A stretch of 64,000 bases of DNA. Origin: Mobula hypostoma. Taxonomy: Eukaryota. Both the position numbers and the translations under genes were made by a program. Positions within the stretch are counted from its first letter, which is position 1; each line of letters begins with the position of its first letter. The stretch spans positions 20,772,001 to 20,836,000 of the forward strand of contig NC_086118.1 in assembly GCF_963921235.1 (NCBI RefSeq). The letters are read 5' to 3'. A model generated the notes under the pieces. That model was not told the DNA's origin, ran no database searches, and saw only the letters and a list, made by a program, of their open reading frames with translations. Below are positions 26,805 to 40,139 of this stretch, piece by piece.

Positions 26805-27048
26805 ACCCAGATGAATTTTAACAAAGATGAAGGCCTTACTCTAAGTAAGAACTGGAATTCGATTGTAAGCAAAGTGGCACAGTGGAAACCTGATTGGATG
26901 AGGACTAATGAATCAGGAAGGATGGACGATGGGGGGATATCTACCATTAGACTAGACATCCCTGATGAAGATGGCAGAGTTTGTCATTGAAGCGTTGGTT
27001 AAAATTGATACCTGTACCCGGCTGGAAGACCGAGAAGAGTTTATTCGT
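26805..27048 (+). mobile_element. 3' end of a second Penelope-like family with a degenerate hammerhead motif
   Basis: NFNKDEGLTLSKNWNSIV resembles a PLE C-terminus. CTGATGA-A-GATGGCAG AGT TTGTCATT-GAAGC-GTT at 26962-26996. Confidence 0.65.
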
Positions 27049-27114
27049 AGGCATAAAATTAATTTCTAGTTATAAATAACTATGAAGCTCTTCAATAAAA
27101 CCAGATATCTATGA

Positions 27115-27930
27115 TATCCTCTTCCTTAATGTCAACAAGACCAAGGAGATGGTTAATGACTTCAGAAGAACCCACACCACTCACACTCCCCTTTATATTG
27201 GTGGCACAGCAGTGTGGACTGTAAGCACTGCCAAACTCCTGGGAGTGCTTATCGCACACAACCTCTCATGATCCCAGAACATATCCTATGCGGTCAAGAA
27301 AGGTCATCAACACCTCTACGTAATGAGGAGGCTGAAGTGAGCTGGACTATGCACATCCATACTCATGTCATTCTGCAGATGTGCGGTAGAGAGCATCCTG
27401 ACAAGCTGCATCATGGTTTGGTGTGGAAACTGCACCGTGGCGGACAGGAAGGCTCTACAGTGAGTGGTCAAAACTGCCCAGTGTATCACCAGCCCCAGCC
27501 TACCTGTCATCAAGGATATGTATACAGAAAGGTGCTGGAAAAGGGCCAATAACATCATGAAGGATCCTACTTACCCTGCTCATGGACTATCTATCCCACT
27601 CCCATCAGAGAGGAGGCTATGTAGCAGCCACGCTAGGACCACCAGGACACAAACACAGTTTCTTTCCCCAAGAAGAAAGACTGATCAGCGCCTCCACCCA
27701 ATAACTCCACCGCTATTATTATTTCCCATCAGTTACTTTATGTACACCCTGGTGTCATTTTATGGACATACAATTAATCTATGTTTATAAGCTATCTTAT
27801 GTATTTATATTTATTATGTCTTTTATTATTATTGTGTTTTTTTTGTGTTACATTGAATTCAGAGGAACAATTTCATTCTCCTTTACACTTGTATACAGGA
27901 AATTACATTAAACAATCTTAAATCTTGAAA
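27115..27930 (+). mobile_element. Rex1/Babar-like LINE 3' fragment
   Basis: LNVNKTKEMVNDFRR...CAVESILTSCIMVWCGNC...IMKDPTYPAHGLSIPLPS; tail attaaacaatcttaaatcttga. Confidence 0.78.
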
Positions 27931-28819
27931 AAATGTAGTAGGACACTAGTGTTATACTTTTTTATGACATGCTTGCAGTTTTTGGTACTTATTTATTTAA
28001 TATAGTTTCCCTACATATATATGTATTGTGAGTTATTTTAGAATTATTAGCGTGACAAGCAATAATTGTTTTCCCAATAACTGGTTGACTTGGTGCCTAG
28101 CCATCTTTCAGCACACCTAGAAATTAAATAGAAGATTAAATAGCTGGAGGCGTCAATACCATTTCTACAGAAAACCTGCCTAACTAGAACTGAATACCTA
28201 AAGTCCAAGGAGAAATGGGTTGGGCTGATATATAGTCTTTAAATCTTGTAAGAAGCAAGGGGTGGCAAAAATCTGTTGGCCATAGTACTCTCTTGTAGCC
28301 ATAGATTGGCCGACATGAACAAGACCAAAGGCATACTTTTAATTGGTATTTTAATACCTGTTAATAAATGGTCTCAATCAAGTGAATCTAACGTGTTCTA
28401 AATTACTTTTCTGAGCAAGAAGGGGCAATATTTGTTGTGACGTGTGGGTCACCATCCATTGAGGTCCTTTACTTATTCTGCATGTTGGTGAAGAAGTGCT
28501 TGTTTACATGTAGGGCATAATTTAATATTCAAGTAGAATGTTTTCCTTGTTTATTTTGTTGGACTTTTATCTTTATTTTCATGATATTTATTGATGTTAT
28601 TGGTTATTGTTTAGTGGTTCAACTAGTAATATTTCCCTATTGAATAGTTTGTTTCTGGATGAGCAGATAATTCCTGCTTTGATAGGTCTGAAAAAGCCTA
28701 TCAAAATGTACTGGGCTTGCTGGATAGAAAACTATCCATGATGGAACATGAGCAACACACACAAAATGCTGGAGGAACTCAGCAAGCCAGGCAACATCTA
28801 GGAAAAGAGTACAGTCACC

Positions 28820-29881
28820 ATATTGGCACGAAGCGTCGAGTCTGTGTCGATAGGTCTGTTAACAGCTTTGGACATCTGGACTGCAATTTTTTCCCCATTC
28901 TTCTTCACAAAACTGCTCAAACTCTGTCAGATTGCATGGGGTCATGCATGAACAGTCCTTTTGAAGTCCAGCCATAAATTCTCAATTGGATTTTGGTCTG
29001 AACTTTAACTTGGCCACTCCAGGACATTAACTTTGCTGTTTTTAAGCTCTTCCTGTGTAGCTTTGGCTATATGCTTGGGATCATTGTCTTGTAGGAAAAC
29101 AGATCTTCTCCCAAGTTGCAGTTCTCTAGCAGACTGCATCAGGTTTTCCTCCAGGATTTCCCTGCATTTTGCTGCATTCATTTTTACCCTCTACCTTCAC
29201 AAGCCTTCCAGGGCCCGGTGTGTTTTTGATGATGTGCAGTGTTTGTCAAACATAGCATTTAGTCTGATGGCCAAAAAGCTCAATTTTGGTTTCATCAGAC
29301 CATAGAACCTTCTTCGAGCTGACTTCAGTGTCTCCTATATGCCTCTGGTAAGCTCTAGCTTAGATTTTTTTCAACAGTGGCTTTCTCTTTGCCACTCTCC
29401 CATAAAGCTGCGACTGATGAAGCATCCGGACAACTGTTGTTGTCTGCGCATTCTCTTTCATCGCAGCCACTGAAGCTTGTAACTCCTCCCGAGTTGTCAT
29501 AGGTCTCTTGGTGGCCTTCCTCACTAGCAGTTGGACCTTCCAGATACAAGTGTATTTTTACTACAGTCGATTCAAACTCCTTGATTACACACAGGCCTCC
29601 AAAAACAGATCTCTATTTAAATAATTATGCACCAGTGGTGATTTAGTGTGTTATATTCAAGCGGTTGAATACTTATTCAATCAAGTATTTTGTGTTTTAT
29701 GTTTGAAATTAACTTAGATCCCTTTGTAGAGATCTGTTTTCACTTTGACATGAAAGTGTCTTTTTCTGTTGATCATTGTCAAAAAACCCAAATTAAATCC
29801 ACTGTGATTCAATGCCGTAAAGCAATAAAACATGAAAACTTCTGGGGGGGCGGGGGGGGTGAATGCTTTTTATAGGCACTG
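28820..29881 (-). mobile_element. Tc1/mariner DNA transposon remnant
   Basis: - strand fragments LYGRVAKRKPL, VLWSDETKIELF and WPS.SSDQNPIENLW; TIR end TA|CAGTGCCTATAAAAAGCATTCACCCCC at 29883-29855. Confidence 0.85.
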
Positions 29882-29959
29882 TACATACTATTTAAAATAC
29901 CTGAAAGTCATCACATCCTTAATACAAGATTTATGCACCATTAGCATTTGTTTTCCTCT

Positions 29960-30428
29960 TGTACATTGGTGAGACCTGTTGACAAAATTGGGAGATTGCT
30001 TCGTCGAGCACCTCTACTCCGATTGCCAGAAGTGGAACTTTCCAGTGGGAAATGCTTTAATTTTGATTCCCATTTCTGTTTTGGCGTGTCAGTCCATGGC
30101 CTCCTCTTGAGCTAAGATGAGGCCACCCTTAGGGTGGAGGAGCAACACATCTTCTATTCTGTCTAGGTAGCCTCCTTCCAATAAATTTTTTTCCCTCTTC
30201 TTCTATTCCACGCTCTTCTATCTTTTACCTCTTCACACCTGCCTATCATTTCCCACCTGGCTTCACTTATCCCCTTCTAGCTAGCCTCCTCCCCCCCCCC
30301 CAACCTTTTTATTCTGGTGTCATTCTTGGTCCGGAAGAAGTGTCTCAACCCTTCACATCAACTGATTGTTCATTTCTATGATGCTGCCAAACCTGTTAAG
30401 TTCCTCCAGTATTTTCAGTGTGTTGCTT
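29960..30428 (+). mobile_element. Penelope-like GIY-YIG 3' fragment with decayed terminal repeat
   Basis: YIGET...LGDCFVEH motif; 3' end similar to 20330-20420. Confidence 0.7.
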
Positions 30429-30789
30429 TGTTTTCCTTGTTTTTATGTAAAATGTTTCTAATGATACAAAGTACCCTTTTTGTGTAAATGATTTTCACAG
30501 ATATTTTTAAGTAATTCTACCATAGTGTTGTGCGAACATTATTACAGAGCTACGTATGTTTAATGCAAGTTCATTATCACAGAATATTTACAGCACAACA
30601 AGAATCCAGTTGGCCTGAAGAAGCCTTCCAGAGTCCAATTAAGAGCAGCTCATCTTGTCTCACTCTATTAACCTCCATCTACAGCCCTGAAAGTTCTTAT
30701 ATTTATATAGAACATAGTTCTTCTGTTTGAATTGAATCTGTTACCCATGGTAGTGAATTTTCATACTATCCATTTGCTGTATAACAATG

Positions 30790-31465
30790 TTTCAAAATTC
30801 AATGTCAGTTTATTATTAAAGTACATATATATCGCCATGTACAACCCTGAGATTCATTTTCTTGTAGACATTCACAGTAAATATAAAGAACGCAATAGAA
30901 TCAATAAAACTGCACACAACAGGGCGGATGAACAGGCAGTGTACTAAAGACAACAAACTGCAAATGCAAAAGAAAGAAAAATAATAACAATAAATAAGCA
31001 ATAAATATTGAGAACATGAGTTGTAGTGTCCTTAAGAGTGAGTCCGTTGGTTGTGGTATCAGTTCAGTGTTAGGATGAGTGGAATTATCCCCTCTGGTTC
31101 AAGAGCTTGATGGTTGAGTAGTAATAACTGTTCCTGAACTTAGTGGTGTGGGACTTGAGGCTTCTGTACCTTCTTCCTGATGGCAGCAGTGAGAAGAGAA
31201 CATGACCTGAATGGTGGGGGATCCTTGATGATGGATTCTACCTTCCTGTGACAGCGCTCCATGTAATTGTGCTCAGTAGTCTGGATAGATTTACCTGTGA
31301 TAGACTGGATTGTATCCACTACTTTTTGTAGGATTTTACATTTAAGGGCATTAGTGCTGTATTGCCAGCCCATAATGCAACCAGTCAGTATACTCTCCAC
31401 CGTGTATTTATAGATATTTGTCAAAGTTTTCAGATGACATGCGGAATCTATGCCAAGTTTAAGTT
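30790..31465 (-). mobile_element. Rex1/Babar-like LINE 3' fragment
   Basis: LKTLTNIYKYTVESILTGCIMGW...LQKVVDTIQSITG...SIIKDP. Same family as 52482-53150. Confidence 0.78.
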
Positions 31466-32060
31466 TTGGTCTCATTTCAGTCTGAGAGATTAAATCTTCT
31501 CATGGATTTAACAGTTTTATTGTGAGATTGGAAGTTATCCCTTTGAAAGTATGAACAAAGAGCAATGTTAACTATAAAAGTAAATATTATTACTTTTATA
31601 TGTTGAACATTATAAATTACAATGTTCAGAAGGGGACTGTTTGGTCACTGACTATCAAATAACATTTCAATAGCAATATCATTTCATTGATCAAATTGTA
31701 GAATATTCCAAACACTCCATTATTTCAATTTAAACTAAATTTATCAGATTCCTGATCTGGCTGAACTTCTTAATAATTTTGTCTTTTCATCTTAAGTTCT
31801 TGAAAGGTTTAAAATAATATTGTTTAACTATATGATTTTGAACTGCATTGTTTTAAAATTATGTTCTTAACTGTCTTCTTCCTCAACTATTTCAAATTGT
31901 AATGTTTGGCATTTTTGCATTTTTCTTTGCTTACTCATTTGAGACATAGAACAGTAATTCTTTTTTCTCCTTTCTTAATCTTTCTTGTTTAGGTAAATAC
32001 ATCCCAGTTGTATAAACCGTTATCCAGCCTCTGATATAGATTCATTGAAATATTGCATAA

Positions 32061-32174
<114 letters not shown>

Positions 32175-33294
32175 TAATTAGGCAGAAACTCCTTTTCATA
32201 ATAACAAAAATGCATTGGCCTAGAAATTAGAATGTGCCTGAAAATATGTGCGAAGATAGGCAGTACTAAAGCCTGTAGGATAGAGTATTGTTTTGCTCAA
32301 GGCCATTGACTACTAAGCTTGCATGAATGCTTTAAGTCTACAGTCCCCATCATTGTGTACAGTAGTTGACATCATGAATTAGTGAATTGGGTAAGGTGAT
32401 TAGGGTTGTAGATTTTCGAGGATTTGTAGATATAATTCTTTGACACTGTTAAAATTTTGAATACGAGAATAGAAGGATCATAGTTAAAGGAACTTATGTT
32501 GTTCTTTTAACATGTTATCTATTTGGTTTCTATATTACTTATTAAGTCAGATGGCAAAATATTTATACTGATTAATTTGTTTTCTTATCTGTTGCCACAG
32601 GGTGTGGTCTCCTGTGTAGTTATGATATTTTGTGAATGCAGAGACAAGTGAAACCCACTTAATTGATCCTTTCACTGCTCAGTAAGAACATGTTTGATCT
32701 GGTTCCTAACTCCCTGTGAAAATCAAAATAAACCTGTAGATAGTGGAAATCTCAAACAAAAGCAAAATAAGCTGGGATCACTCAGTACGTCCAAATGATA
32801 TTTGTGGGAAGAAAAACAGTAAACCTTTCAGATCTGGGTTGGTCCGATTCTGATAAGGGCCCTGGACCTGAAGCGTTAACTGCTTCTCTTTCCATAAACG
32901 TTTCATGAACAACTGAAGATGTTTTAGCACATTGTATTTCTTCCTAGCTTTCCATTCTTGGCTAAGAAAAAGATTTTTTTATCTGTTACCCGAGTCCGCA
33001 TTTACTGATATTTACGGAAGGAAATTATATTATTTCTGCCATCTTTTGAATGGAGAAACATCTTTAAACTTGGATCTTTTCTTGTTTTGTTTAAAATTAT
33101 TTTGAAGTAGGCAGATATGGCTATTGTTAGCTCATTAACACTGTTTAACCTCCTCTGGTAAGGTTTTGAGACTGTGTTTGAACTTAGTGTTCTGGAGTTT
33201 TCAATCCATTCCTCTTGTTCTGAACAAATTCAAGGTCATCATGGTTTTTGCACCTTATACTTTTTTAAGAGGCAAAGGGGATTAGTTTAGTAAA

Positions 33295-33584
33295 TGCAAA
33301 CAAGAGGAATTCTGCAGTTGCTGGAAATTCAAGCAACACACATCAAAGTTGCTGGTGAGCGCAGCAGGCCAGGCAGCAACTCTAGGAAGAGGTACAGTCG
33401 ACGTTTCAGGCCTCCCCCTTCTGTCTTCTCCTATCATTTTGGATCTCCCCCTCCCCCTCCCACTTTCAAATCTCTTACTACCTCTTCCTTCAGTTAGTCC
33501 TGACGAAGGGTCTCATCGACTGTACCTCTTCCTAGAGATGCTGCCTGGCCTGCTGCGTTCACCAGCAACTTTGATGTGTGTTAC
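33295..33584. mobile_element. Palindromic Penelope-derived mini-element with 13-bp TSD
   Basis: TSD ttagtttagtaaa (33282-33294 and 33585-33597); 67-bp inverted arms 33335-33401 / 33516-33582 with two mismatches; partial hammerhead motif on each arm. Confidence 0.85.
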
Positions 33585-36088
33585 TTAGTTTAGTAAAAGT
33601 CATTGGCTCGATCTAGAGCAGTACTTCTCTGTGTTCTATGTATGTGCTCTGCACCTCCATCATAACGCTATTGCAGTTCTGTGTGGCACCATCTTACTAT
33701 GCTTATACTAATGATTTTATTTTTGAAAATCTGTAGGTGTATAAATCCTAACTGTTGTTTGCTAGACTTGTGTGGCTGTTGAAGCTGTGCAATTGATCTT
33801 GTGATGTAAATAGAAGCAGATAAGATATAGAATTGTATAGCATGAAATAGGCACCTCGGGCCACCATCTCCATGTAGACCATCAAGAACTTACTCTACTT
33901 GGTCTGTGGCTTTCTGTAAGAGTTCTGGTCTCCATCACCAGCTCAAGAGGTACTTGCTCAATCACAACTACCTTTTTTTAATAAAAAAGTTGATTAATAT
34001 TTTTAATGTTATTTTCATCTTGAACAATTTAACAAAAATTATATCTTAAGTAAAAATTCAACTGAAACTACTGTTTCATCTCATTATCTGAGTTACCTAT
34101 TAGCTTGCACTTCCACTGCTTTAAAATTATGTATTTAATCACATTACATGTGGATTAATTAGTGAAATGTTTGGCTACAATATTCTTAAATATAGTTTAT
34201 ATAAGTGTATAAAATGTTCATTTGATGAATGTTACAAATCTGTGAGAAGATGTAACATTTGTATTTTTTAAGTAACATATAGTTTCTCAATGTTAATCAA
34301 GGAATGAGACAGTTATTTGTACAGGATAAAATGTCTTTAATCCAATAACAAGAAGCATATCAATCTTTTAAAATAATGAATGGCTGAGCATCAGTATTTC
34401 CATCACCAGAAGTTTCCTAGAGTAATGTCCTCATTATCTTTTTCCTATATAACCCTCAAGAACTGATTTCCCAGTATTTCAGATAAGAATGCAAAAACAT
34501 GTACATTGTTATAATGACTTTCATAGACTTGTGAACAAGTTGTAAGTACTAAGATAACTATACATAGGTAGTTTAACTAACATTTGGTCTGTGACAGGTA
34601 AGTGCATTCAGTGGACAGTTATTCACAATTGGTCAATTTAGACATTAAAGATATGATCATTTCCATTATCAGCTATGTAGAGTGACCACCATTTTTGAAG
34701 TTTATTTTGCGATAACAATTGTAGGTTACATTGATTTAGTGGTGCACTTTTGCTGGTGAAGCTCCAACAAGCCTTAGACATAAAGGGGTTAACTGTCCTT
34801 TTACCAAAACTGAGAAAAAAAATTAAAAGAGACAATAACCTATTTGTAATATATTTATAAGTTTCTTTATCAATCATTTTACTTTAGTGTGATGGTGTTA
34901 ATTATTGGCATGTTTGAAGTGATTATGCTGTTTTTTTGTCATTTATGCTTTAGTAGGCTCTGAATGTCAAAAGTATGTGTAAACTGTAGCAGTTCTGTCA
35001 TCCGATACAGCTGTGTGATGATCTTCATCTGTAAACACAATAAAAGTGGTTGAATGATTTTCTTTATTGCACTATTGAGGGGCTCTGGTACTTCTTGAGC
35101 TTGTTATGTGGTCTGGGGCATTTCAAGCCAGCGTGATAGGCAAGCCAAATAATGATATCTGGGCTAAGTCAAATAATGTCTAGTCACTATGCAGATGGCT
35201 TGTGGACAGTAGTCAGGACCTTGTTTTCCTTTTAATATACCGTAGGCTAGTGATTAGTAATCCAGATCGCCATATACTAAATTAACAAGGTTACACGATT
35301 TAAAAAAATATATCTTCTCAGTAAGTTTTTAAATATATGCTAGAGGAAATGGTTCTTTATATTTTGTCATAAATTATTTTCTTTTCTGGAGTTCATATAT
35401 TGGAAATACTTAGTCTTTGTCTGCATGTGATACTGATATGCAGTGAATTGCAAATACTAATTTAATGTTTAGTATGGGCCCCCTGATTTCACTGCTGTCT
35501 ATTAGTGTCTGCTAGTGTAGTTCAAATCAATAATGTTTTGTCAGAAGATGTTGCAGATAAGTTATATTCTAAAGGCTACTTGGGATATTTTACAAAAAAA
35601 TGAAACATGCTACTCATTTCTTGTGAGGTAGTTGAACAACAGAGAAGTAATCAAATAATTTATTTTTTGGGATTTACATTGTTTGGCAACTTTGTATAAT
35701 GAAGTTCTTTTCACTTGGATATATTCTTTATATATTTAAGAAGAATGTGCTCTAAATAAAAAAAAATCTCCTGAGGATGATTGTCTCATGTTTAATTTTA
35801 GTCCTTTCCATGCCATGTCTACCAGCCTTGTAGGCACAGTACTGTACCATCTAACACCATTCAGACTGAAAGTACGTGAGCTGTTAACTTCAATCATATG
35901 GTGTATTGTTTCACTCTTATCTTTTATTCAGTTTGATATAGTGTGTACAGTTGAAAGTTAAGACCTTAAACACACATGTTCCAGGTTTATTCCATATTTT
36001 TGTGACTAATTGTTGACAGCAACAATTGCCATCAACTTCACATAGTTCAATAATAAATCTTGTTTATTTCAGCTGAGGATGTACTGTT

Positions 36089-36905
36089 TTATGCAACTTT
36101 AGTTCTCTTTCTCAGACTGAAGATTCTGTCACAATCATTAATCTTTGTGTCTGAATGTGTGTTCATTCTTTCTTCATTTGATCTTTTCTGATATCTTGAT
36201 TTCTGTTTTTCTACTTTTTCAACTGGAGGAGAATTGCATTTGTGCTTTTTTTCATAGCTTGGTTCCTTTTTATGAGCCAGCTCTCCATTTTGTGGAATTG
36301 ACCATTCCTCATTATGTTTTCTTTCGTTACATCCGGCTAACTGACATAGAGCCACAGCAGCTGACTGCTTCTGTTCATCATTACAGCTTTCAGTGCATTT
36401 GACAACATTTTCTGTTTGCAAGTTTTCAGCTTTTCCTGCCCGACTTTTACGTTGATTTGTTTTGTAACAAACTATGTCAAAATTCAAGACATCTGATGAA
36501 TGGTTAAGCTTGTTATCATTTAAGCTTTTTACTTGTACCTTTGAGTCATTAAAATTGACGACAAATGGAACAGAATCTTCAGCTGTTTTCCACTCATGAT
36601 TGTTAACTTTAAGTGAAAGATTTAAAGGTTCATCCTGTACCTTGGAAGTTTCAAACTCTTCAACTGGAAGAAAGTGATTGTCATGTGATGCGTCTTCCTT
36701 TGAATCCTGTGGGAGATTTTTATTTGTAGATCCAGGCTGCTGATCTGGTTCTAATTTTGCTTTATTCTTTTTGGAAAGGTTTAGTGGTATCATGCGAGTT
36801 GAACTTAAGTCAGTCGGTACCAAAGTATTGCCATGGTAGTAATCGAAAATGGCAACATTAGAATACGTTGGATTATATATGGAGTCCTCATTGGGTGAAA
36901 GAGTT
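36089..36905 (-). CDS. ZNF750: ZNF750 last coding exon (817 nt including TAA); spliced protein is 772 aa
   Basis: Acceptor ttttcacctgtttccag|A completes the phase-2 codon AG|A in frame. Contains two PLNLS motifs (PLNLSKK, EPLNLSLK), EQKQSAAVALCQLA and the basic C-terminus LRKRTKVA-stop. Confidence 0.94.
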
Positions 36906-37126
36906 CTGGAAACAGGTGAAAATAGATTTTTTTAGATTCAGTTTAATAACTTAAACAAAGAACCATCATTCTTCAGTACCTCACCCAAGCACCCTGCAGC
37001 CTCCAGACTCTTTAGAACGTAGTACGGTACAGAATTAGGTCTTTCGGCCCACAATGTTGTGCTAAATTAATTACATTAGTTATTAAATGTTCACTAAACT
37101 AATCCTTTCTGCCTATATGATGTCTA

Positions 37127-40100
37127 CGTTCAGGAGGGTGTAAGCTAATTTGGCAGGGCATTGTGAACTGGAGTGATAGGGCTGAGGATGGGGCAATTGG
37201 TATACAAACAGAGGCAGTGTGTAGTGAGACTGCTAGAAAGGACAGGCTGATGATAGGGCAAAATTGCAATCGGGATGAGTAGCAATGCAAAAGGGGGACA
37301 AAATCAAAAAAGGATGATGAAATCAGGATTGAAGGTATTGTATTTGAATGCATGCAGAATACAGAATAAAGTAGATGAACTTGTTGCACATTTAGAGATT
37401 GGCAGGTATGACATTGTGGGCATCATTGAGTCGTGGCTAAGGGATGATTATAGGTGGGAGCTTACCATCCCAGGGTGCACGTTGTATTGAAAGGACAGGC
37501 AGATTAGCAGAGGGGGTGGGATGACTCTTGGTTAAAAAATGAAATGAAATCCTTAGAAAGAGGTGACATAGGATCAGAAGGTGTAGAATCTTTGTGGGTA
37601 GAGCTAAGAAACTGCAGGAGTTAAAAAAAAACCCTGATGAGAATTATATATAGACCTCTGAACAATTGCAAATATGGGGACTACTAAAAAGCTTGCCAGT
37701 AGGGCAAAGTTGCAATAGTCATAGGGGATTTCAATATGGAAAAATCAGGTTGATGCTGGATCCCAAGAGGGATAATTTATAGAATACCTACAAGGTGTTT
37801 TTTTTTAGAGCAGTTTGTGATTGAGCCCACTAGGGGATCAGCTATTCTGAATTGGTGTTCTGCAATGAACTGGAATTGATTAGAGAGCTTGAGGTAAACG
37901 AATCCTTTGGAGACAGTCCTGCAATTTGAAAGGGAGAAGCTAAAGTCAGATGTAGCAGCATTACAGTACAGTAAAGGGATTTATAGAGGCTTGAGAGAAG
38001 AGCTGGCCAAAGCTGATTGGAGGGGACACTTGAAGGGATGGTGGTAGAGCACCAGTGGCTGGAATTTCTGGGAGCAATTTGGAAGGTGCAGGGTAGCTAC
38101 ATCCCAAAGAAGAAGTATTCTAAAGGCAGGATGACACAACAGTGGCTGACAAGGGAAGGCAAAGCCAACATAAAAGTCAGAGCAGGAGCATTTAATAGAG
38201 CAAAAATTAGTGGCAAGTTAGAGGATTGGGAAACACAAAAAAAAAACACAGAAGACTAGTAAAAATGTCAAAAAGAGGAAAAAGTTGGAGTAAGCTAGCC
38301 AATGATATTAAATAGTGTCCAAAAGTTTCTTCAGATATATAAAGAGTAAAAGAGAGGCAAGAGCAGATACCAGACTCCTGGAAAATGATGCTGGATGGGT
38401 TGTAATGGGAGAGAAGGAAATGGTGGATGAACTGAATCAGAAGTTTGTATCAGTCTTCACTGTGAAAGACACCAGCAGTATGCTGGAAGTTTAAGAGTGT
38501 CAGGAGGCAGAATTGAGTGAAGTTGCCATTACGAGGGAGAAGGCATTTGGGAAACTGAAAGATCTGAAGGTGGATAAATCACATGGACCAGATGGTTGAC
38601 AGCCGAGGGTTTGAAAGAGATAGCTGAAGAGATTGTGGAGGCATGAGTAATGATCTTTCAAGAATCAGTAAGTTCTGACATAGTTATGGAGGACTGAAAA
38701 ATTACAAATGTCACTCCAAGAAGGGAGAGAGGCAGAAGAAATTAAATTATAGGCCTGTTAGTCTGACCTCAGTCATTGGGAAGATATTGGAGTCTTATGT
38801 TAAGGTTGTGATTTCGGGATACTTGGAGTCACATGATAAAATAGGCTGCAGTCAGCATGGTTTCCTCAAGGGAAAATCTTGTGTGATGAATCTGTCGGAG
38901 TTCTTTGAAGAAGTAACAAGTAGTATAGACAAAGGAGAATTGGGTGATTTTTTTTTACCTGGTATTTCAGAAAGCTTTTGATAAGGTGCCACACATGAGA
39001 CTGGTTAGTGAGATAAGAGCCCATGTTATTACAGGAAAGATACTGGCATGGGTAGAGCATTGACTGATTGGCAGGAGGCAGAGAGTGGGAATAAAGGGAG
39101 CCTTTTCTGATTGGCTGCTGGTGACTAGTAGTGGTCCACAGGGGCTTGTGTTGGAACAGGTTCTTTGTATATTATATGTCACTGATTTGCGTGATGGAAT
39201 TGATGGCTTTATGGCCAAGTTTGAGGACGATACAAAAATGGGGGGAGGGGCAGGTATTGTTGAGGAAGGAAGGAGGATGGAGAGGAACTTGGATACATTA
39301 GGAGAATGGGCAAAGAAGTGGCAGGTGGAATACAATGTTGGGAAGTGTGTGGTCATGCACTTTGGTCTAAGAAATAAAGCGTATACTGTTTTCTAAATAG
39401 AGATAAAATTCAAACAGTTGAGGTGCAAAGAGACTTGGGATTCTTCATGAAAGATTCCCTAAAGATTAATTCGCAGATTGAGTCAGTGGTGAGGAAGGCA
39501 AATGCAATGTGAGCATTCCTTTTGAGTGGACTAGAATATAAAGACAAGGATGTTATATTGAGACTTTATAAGGCATTGGTAAGGCCTCACATGGAGTATT
39601 GTAAGCAGTTTTGGACCACTTATCTAAGAAAGGATGTGCTGACATTGGAGAAGGAAAGGAGATTCAGGAGAGTGATTCTGGGAATGAAAAGGTTACTATA
39701 TGAGGACCGATTGATAGCACTCTGCCGGTACTCACTGGAGTTCAGAATAATGAAGAGGGATCTCATTGAAACCTATCGAATATTGAAAAGCCTCTATTGA
39801 GTGAATGTTGAGAGGATGTTTCCTATGGTAGAGAAGTCTAGGACCAGAGGGCACAGCCTTGGAGTAAAGGGACATTCATTTAGAATGGAGATGAGGAATT
39901 TCTTTAGCCAGAGAGTAGTGAATCTGTGGAATTTGTTGCCACAGGCACTTGTGGGGGCCAAGACATTGGGTATATTTAAGGCAGAGCCTGATAGGTTCTT
40001 GATTAGTCAGGACATGAAGAGATATGGGGAGAAGGCAGGAGATTGGGGCTGAGAGGGAAATTGGATCAGCCGTGATGAAATGCCGTTGCAGATTCGGTGG

Positions 40101-40139
40101 GCCAAATGGCCTAATTCTGCTTCTATATCTTATGGTCTA
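37127..40139 (+). mobile_element. CR1-type LINE, about 3 kb, with frameshifted ORF2 (APE + RT), nested in an older opposite-strand CR1 3' end (about 37013-37126 and 40140-40660)
   Basis: LKVLYLNACRIQNKVDEL...IVGIIESWL (APE); QHGFLKGKSC, SGPQGLVL, KFEDDTK (RT); TRGHSL...FFSQRVVNLWN; tail tcttatggtct. Confidence 0.92.

Noticed and set aside
34250..36088. Exact ZNF750 3'UTR end and poly(A) site
   Set aside because: Several AATAAA hexamers on the - strand (about 36063, 35986, 35923, 35659, 35063, 34701); cannot choose among them without transcript data.
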